Shown piece after piece: positions 34,491 through 38,569 of a stretch of 38,569 bases of DNA; within the stretch, counting starts at the first letter, position 1; the number at the start of each line of letters is the position of its first letter. The translations under genes and the position numbers were made by a program. Under the pieces are notes generated by a model. It had not been told where the DNA came from. It did not search any database and saw only the letters and a program-made list of their open reading frames with translations. Origin of the DNA: a virus (Duplodnaviria > Caudoviricetes); the IMG/VR virus record IMGVR_UViG_3300027265_000007, positions 1-38,569 of that record; one strand, 5' to 3'.

Positions 34491-34891
34491 GGATGGGCAT
34501 GGCCAAGGACAGTCACTTCAATGTCGCCAACTGGGTAGCCGTACACGCCCATCCTGGCTTCCAGCCAGCACACGGCCCCGTCAGTCTCTCGGATGGCCAT
34601 GGTCCGCTGGATGCCATCGGCACTGAAGTGTTCAAGGTCATGGTGGGTTCGGCAGATACGAACCGTTGGGCCCGATCCGCCAGGGCGTCCGCCCATGCCT
34701 TTGGTGACGATGTGGGCGGGGTCAAGTATGACCGGATAGGGAACCTGTGCCTGTTCTGTGGCCGCGCATACGGGGCAGGTGTAGGAACCGGCCAGCACCA
34801 GGTCACGCTCACCCAGTGCCAGCGTCTGTTCCACGTTCAGGAAGCCTTCGGGCAGCCACCAGGGAAGGCCCTGTCCGATCCCGCCCGTCAT
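34478..34891 (-). CDS. HNH-like (His-Me finger) endonuclease
   Basis: Start moved to 34891 (ATGA overlap). CPVC, DPAHIVTKGMGG, ICRTHHDLEH. Confidence 0.7.
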   Translation of the reverse strand: MTGGIGQGLPWWLPEGFLNVEQTLALGERDLVLAGSYTCPVCAATEQAQVPYPVILDPAHIVTKGMGGRPGGSGPTVRICRTHHDLEHFSADGIQRTMAIRETDGAVCWLEARMGVYGYPVGDIEVTVLGHAHPWTW

Positions 34892-35085
34892 TTGGCTTTC
34901 ACCTTGACGTAATTGGAAGCGATATTGGCCAGTGCTGCTATTGAACCGCTGAACAGGCACTGTCCCCTGTCATCCAGGACGGTGACTTCTACTTCTTCGG
35001 CGTTGATGTGGACGATCTCCGGAAGCCCCAGGTGTTCGTTCCGGAACGTGATGATGGCCTTGTCAGCCTTCACCGGTGACCCCAC
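34888..35085 (-). CDS. hypothetical protein (65 aa)
   Basis: Overlaps both neighbours. Confidence 0.6.
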   Translation of the reverse strand: MGSPVKADKAIITFRNEHLGLPEIVHINAEEVEVTVLDDRGQCLFSGSIAALANIASNYVKVKAK

Positions 35086-35558
35086 TTGATGACTCGATAC
35101 CGGACCTTGTGGACGCCACGGAAGTGCAAGGCCCTGGCCGTTGCCGGTGCCAGGTCCAGGACACGCCCACGGATGTAGGGTCCACGATCTCTGACCACAG
35201 CACGGACCGTGCGGCCCTTGTACTTGATGACCAGGACGGTGCCCAGGGGGTAGTGCTTGTGGGCTACGGCCATTTCCCTGGCGGTCAGTGGCTTGCCATT
35301 GGCCTTGTTGTGGCCAAGGAGTCCGTCACCGATCCCGTAGGTGGAAGCCTTGCCGGTCTTCCAGTGGACCTTCTTGTGTGGGGGCATCGGCACCCGAACG
35401 GGCATGGCGTGAAACGTGGCACCGTTGGCCTTCGCCACCATGGCATCCACCCTGCCAGCGTAGTACCCCATAAGCCAGATGCCGATGACCACGATGGCCA
35501 CGAACGCTACGGTGACCGTCTTGGCCCAGGCCGGTGTGGTGCTGATCCGCTTGTCCAT
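35070..35558 (-). CDS. RlpA-like double-psi beta-barrel lytic transglycosylase with N-terminal TM anchor
   Basis: GKASTYG, AVAHKHYPLGT, VVRDRGPYIRGRVLDLAPATARAL; hydrophobic TVTVAFVAIVVIGIWL; start moved to 35558. Confidence 0.85.
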   Translation of the reverse strand: MDKRISTTPAWAKTVTVAFVAIVVIGIWLMGYYAGRVDAMVAKANGATFHAMPVRVPMPPHKKVHWKTGKASTYGIGDGLLGHNKANGKPLTAREMAVAHKHYPLGTVLVIKYKGRTVRAVVRDRGPYIRGRVLDLAPATARALHFRGVHKVRYRVIKWGHR

Positions 35559-35623
35559 GTGCTGTTCCTTCCGGTAGGTGACTTCTGACCCTATGACCCG
35601 TGGAACCCGCCCATATTCCCCCA

Positions 35624-36001
35624 TCAGAATAGACCTTCCTGTGATCCATGCTTAGGCAGCACCAGCCGCCATTCCTTGTACCGCTTGCCCTGGGCTGTGG
35701 TCCACCGCTCATCGAACGTCCATCCCATGTGCTTCAGGTCACGGATGAAGTCACGGACGTGGACGCTGTTGGTGTAGGGCACCAGGTCCCATGTGGACCA
35801 CCAGGCAGCCGATCCCTGGGCGTGTGTGTCGATCACGGGCCCGTCCATCATGGCCTGAAGGACCTTGGCTGAATCGGTGCCAGGCTTGGGGCTGGTGCCA
35901 AGGCTTGGGGTCACCAGGTCAGCGGGATGCTCATGGCGTCCGGACGGGCTGGTGTCATGCGTGACCCAGGCGTGACAGGCTTTGCAGTAGGCATCAGCCA
36001 T
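35624..36001 (-). CDS. hypothetical protein (CxxC...H N-terminus, winged-helix-like C-terminus)
   Basis: CKAC; IRDLKHMGWTF...YKEWRL. Confidence 0.6.
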   Translation of the reverse strand: MADAYCKACHAWVTHDTSPSGRHEHPADLVTPSLGTSPKPGTDSAKVLQAMMDGPVIDTHAQGSAAWWSTWDLVPYTNSVHVRDFIRDLKHMGWTFDERWTTAQGKRYKEWRLVLPKHGSQEGLF

Positions 36002-36003
36002 CG

Positions 36004-36267
36004 TCAGCACCCAGCCGAAGGGTCAAAGAACTGTGTCCGGTGCAGGTGGGACACGATCCTGGGGTCATCCAGGGCTTCAGCCACTACCTTGGCGAAGGCT
36101 TCAAGGACTGAAGGGCTGACCACAGCATCACGCTCAAGGGCCGGTCCTTCATGGCTGAAGTCATACCAGGGTTCCACGCCCTGCCCTGGCTTACAGTCGA
36201 ACGCCACGAACGGACGGCGTTGCGAGTCGATGGACAGCCTGACCGTGACCTTCGGATCATCAGCCAT
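36004..36267 (-). CDS. hypothetical protein
   Basis: Start moved to MADDPK behind GAAGGG. Confidence 0.6.
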   Translation of the reverse strand: MADDPKVTVRLSIDSQRRPFVAFDCKPGQGVEPWYDFSHEGPALERDAVVSPSVLEAFAKVVAEALDDPRIVSHLHRTQFFDPSAGC

Positions 36268-36706
36268 TCTGGACGCCCTTCGGAATCTCGGGTGTCTCGC
36301 ACACAGCGGACGGCCCGTGTTCGATGCAGATGGGGCCGCCACAGACGCCTTCGATGCCGGTTGACCAGTGGCACAGCGTGTTCTTCGGATGGTCCACAGG
36401 CGTCATATCCACGCCCAGGACACGAAGGCACCACGCCAGGGCGTGGATCGGTTCGTGGTTCAGGTCACCGGCGTCCACAACCGCCTTGGCTGCCAGGACC
36501 AGTTCAGCCCACTGGGTCACGTTGCCTTCAGCCAGGTTCGGGGCGTTCTCACACGCCAGGTTGGCTGACGGAAGCCCAGTCAGGGCACTGGTCACGATCT
36601 CGGCGTCAATACCGCGAAGGTCACCGATGCTGAAACGCATACGGTCAATCAGCGGACGCTCAGTGTTGCTGTCGATCTTGAACGCCCAGTCCAGCGGTCT
36701 GTCCAT
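36260..36706 (-). CDS. hypothetical protein with C-terminal Cys/His cluster
   Basis: Start moved to MDRPLD behind GGGAAGGTGGG; CHW....CGGPICIEH. Confidence 0.7.
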   Translation of the reverse strand: MDRPLDWAFKIDSNTERPLIDRMRFSIGDLRGIDAEIVTSALTGLPSANLACENAPNLAEGNVTQWAELVLAAKAVVDAGDLNHEPIHALAWCLRVLGVDMTPVDHPKNTLCHWSTGIEGVCGGPICIEHGPSAVCETPEIPKGVQNG

Positions 36707-36760
36707 TGGTTCCCACCTTCCCGTGTGGTGACCGGCCCCTTGCCAGTCCACCTGATTGTG

Positions 36761-36973
36761 TCACCCATCCGTCTTGGACGCAACAACGAATGTCCAAGCG
36801 GGGTAGGCGGCCAGGAGTGTTCCAGGCGTCCGGTTGTCCGGACAGTCCAGGTGGACCGTCACGCCTTCGCCCTTCAGGATCAGGGTCTTGGTCTGGCCGT
36901 TCTCGGTCCACTCAGTGTGGATGCCAGCCAGGCGAAGGTCACCGGACGCCTTCAGGATCGGCCTGGGGCTCAT
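36761..36973 (-). CDS. hypothetical protein (70 aa)
   Basis: ATGA overlap; RBS GGGAAGG. Confidence 0.65.
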   Translation of the reverse strand: MSPRPILKASGDLRLAGIHTEWTENGQTKTLILKGEGVTVHLDCPDNRTPGTLLAAYPAWTFVVASKTDG

Positions 36974-37326
36974 TCGCCTTCCCTTTTACATGGGGGCTGC
37001 ACAATCTCACGGTACGGGCCGAATGACAGCATGGCGTAGCCGTCCTGAAGACCCCATCCGGTCAAGATGTGGGTGATGGTGCCTAAGCACTCACGTCCGG
37101 TGTAGTGACCATCCCTGGTACTGACACCACCACTCTGCAACGCCGGTGGCTTGTACTCACGAAGGTACAGCGTGTCACCCACCTTGAAGTCACGGTCCAT
37201 CTTCCTGACTTCAGCGGTCTTGGTGCCTTCGATGACAGCCTGGAAGTGTTCGGGCCACGTCTTCAGTTCATGGACCGCAGGTGCCGAGTTATCCACAGTT
37301 TCCACAGTATCCACAAGGTTTCCCAT
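36970..37326 (-). CDS. DUF3850/ASCH (PUA-like) domain protein
   Basis: HELKTWPEHFQAVIEGTKTAEVRKMDRDFKVGDTLYLREY, YTGR, ITHIL, GYAMLS. Confidence 0.9.
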   Translation of the reverse strand: MGNLVDTVETVDNSAPAVHELKTWPEHFQAVIEGTKTAEVRKMDRDFKVGDTLYLREYKPPALQSGGVSTRDGHYTGRECLGTITHILTGWGLQDGYAMLSFGPYREIVQPPCKREGE

Positions 37327-37435
37327 GCCCTTCCAAGTTACGATTACATTACGTTGTGTTGTGTTCAGTTCATTTACCTTATGGGTGGACTTGTCCTGGA
37401 CAATCCCTAGACGCGACCAGGACAGACGGTCAGGA
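37289..37435. repeat. putative replication origin: three tandem DnaA-box-like 9-mers, AT-rich pentamer repeats, ~11-bp iteron-like repeats
   Basis: TTATCCACA, GTTTCCACA, GTATCCACA at 37289-37315; run GATTA CATTA CGTTG TGTTG TGTTC AGTTC ATTTA CCTTA; minus-strand 11-mers TGTCCTGGTCG, CGTCTAGGGAT, TGTCCAGGACA, AGTCCACCCAT. Confidence 0.6.
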
Positions 37436-38041
37436 AGCCTTGGTGGACCGGCACGATGGACACGCCAGGTGACCGCCCCGCCATTCGGATTCCGTCCCGC
37501 ACTCCACGCACGTCCGCCACACCAGCGGTTCCTTGAACATCAGTGCCTGGTACGCCCGTTCCACACCGGCAGCCGTGGACGCATAGCAGCGTTTCGGGCT
37601 ACGGGATCGGCTCAGTTGCCTGACACGGACGTGGTACACGTCACCGGCGTCAGCTATCTGGTGGTGGGTGTGACCGGCAGCCAGCATCCTTCGGACCTGA
37701 CGCTTGGCCACCGTGGCGTCCATCAGCACGTCAGCGTCAAAGGGCTTGGTGGTGACGCCTTGCAGGGCGTCCAGCGTGTCAGCGTGTACCCACCGGCGTC
37801 CATGGCGTTCAGCGTTCACGATGATTATCAGGGCGGCCCGTGAACGGCCAGCAGCCACAGCTATGGCCCGAAGGCTCATCCCTTGGGCCTTCAGGGCGGC
37901 TATGGCTTCCTGGGCCTTGCTGACGGGCACCCTGGGCCGGTGGGTACGCTTCCACTCGGACAGGGCCAGCCGACACGGTAGGCATCGGCATGGCCCGTCC
38001 CAGTAGCGGTTCACGGTGCCGTGTGGATGGGTGACCGGCAT
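37430..38041 (-). CDS. Zn-finger plus tandem HTH DNA-binding protein
   Basis: HGT..RY..GPCRCLPCR, GMSLRAIAVAAG, GHTHHQIADAG, CVEC...CPSC. Confidence 0.72.
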   Translation of the reverse strand: MPVTHPHGTVNRYWDGPCRCLPCRLALSEWKRTHRPRVPVSKAQEAIAALKAQGMSLRAIAVAAGRSRAALIIIVNAERHGRRWVHADTLDALQGVTTKPFDADVLMDATVAKRQVRRMLAAGHTHHQIADAGDVYHVRVRQLSRSRSPKRCYASTAAGVERAYQALMFKEPLVWRTCVECGTESEWRGGHLACPSCRSTKAS

Positions 38042-38268
38042 CAGAAGAAGCCTTCAAACGGCATGGACACACGGCCACACTTGGCACAGGTGGCGTTTGT
38101 CTCAGGCAGCCGCACTTCATCCAGCCCGTTCACCATGGTTTCCAGCGGATCATCCGCCTTCACGAAGCGTCCGCAGTTCGGGCACACCCGCACGAACACC
38201 ATGGACTCATCGGCGTCACCGTAGCTGACCCTGGGGCCGCCTTCGTATTCGTACATCAGGCAACCCAC
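38041..38268 (-). CDS. small Zn-ribbon protein
   Basis: FVRVCPNCGRFVKAD, NATCAKCGRV.M.FEGF. Confidence 0.7.
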   Translation of the reverse strand: MGCLMYEYEGGPRVSYGDADESMVFVRVCPNCGRFVKADDPLETMVNGLDEVRLPETNATCAKCGRVSMPFEGFF

Positions 38269-38546
38269 TTCACGTTATGCCGGTCAATGTGCGTGACCTT
38301 GAACCGGCCAGGCCCTGGGTCACTGTGGTAGAAGACACACCCATCCTTGCCTATGTGGGCGTAGCAGCGTTCAACGGCGGTCAGGTCTGGCAGGACTTCG
38401 AACTGATCCAACAGCATCCCAAGGACTTCGTTGGCGTCCATCCAGCCCTTGGCCACATAGTCGCAGACCGGTCCTGACCAATCGGGCCCGTCCCACTCGC
38501 ACAGTTCGGTGAACTCCCCTTCGAAGATGAATGTCCCGTGGCCCAT
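38256..38546 (-). CDS. hypothetical protein (96 aa)
   Basis: TGATG overlap with a gene entering from the right edge; overlaps the next gene. Confidence 0.65.
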   Translation of the reverse strand: MGHGTFIFEGEFTELCEWDGPDWSGPVCDYVAKGWMDANEVLGMLLDQFEVLPDLTAVERCYAHIGKDGCVFYHSDPGPGRFKVTHIDRHNVKWVA

Positions 38547-38569
38547 CAGGCACCATCCATGATCCGGAA

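Noticed and set aside
37327-37440. Open frame through the origin-like repeats in frame with DUF3850, reachable by +1 shift at TCC TGA
   Set aside because: No start codon or stimulatory signal, and a short open stretch is expected by chance. It may only be a remnant of an initiator linker.
12-38477. Many plus-strand ORFs, some long (4108-5358, 12060-13037, 23067-24161)
   Set aside because: They are antisense shadows of well-supported minus-strand genes in a GC-rich genome, with no recognisable motifs.
1-38569. CRISPR array, tRNA, diversity-generating retroelement, intron/intein, alternative genetic code
   Set aside because: No spaced direct repeats, cloverleaf, reverse transcriptase or TR/VR pair was seen. 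Core genes are of normal length and uninterrupted under the standard code. A by-eye search could miss weak cases.

Overview
About 38.6 kb of a GC-rich (roughly 62-65% by eye) siphovirus-type phage genome, probably most of a genome of about 40 kb or more. Every credible gene is on the minus strand. In transcription order (right to left) the window holds: small middle genes (HTH/Zn proteins, DUF3850/ASCH, RlpA-like transglycosylase, HNH, candidate late activator, MazG-like, DNA methylase); terminases, portal, a MuF/minor-capsid protein with an HExxH extension, scaffold and major capsid; an unusual ~6.5 kb block of FN3/fibre-like genes inside the head module; head-tail joining genes, tail tube, a -1 frameshifted tail chaperone, tape measure and tail tip; a lysis cassette; then an early operon (HTH, YqaJ, RecT, truncated replication initiator, SMC-like ATPase, DUF5131). 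No integrase, clear repressor, tRNA or CRISPR array was seen. The most interesting signals are regulatory. (1) Many non-structural genes share an extended RBS, GGGAAGGTGGG, and a structured non-coding segment at ~5165-5300 carries its antisense copy, suggesting a phage sRNA or RNA switch acting on a shared RBS. (2) A conserved CACAGTGCARC-N18-TAnnn(T) element precedes late modules and is a candidate phage-activated promoter. (3) An origin-like region (DnaA boxes, AT-rich pentamers, 11-bp repeats) lies far from a replication initiator that lacks these repeats. (4) CGCG, GCGC, GAGG/CCTC and GGAG/CTCC are strongly depleted. All family calls come from motif recognition by eye; no database searches were run. 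Several starts were moved from the ORF track to fit RBS spacing or stop/start overlaps.
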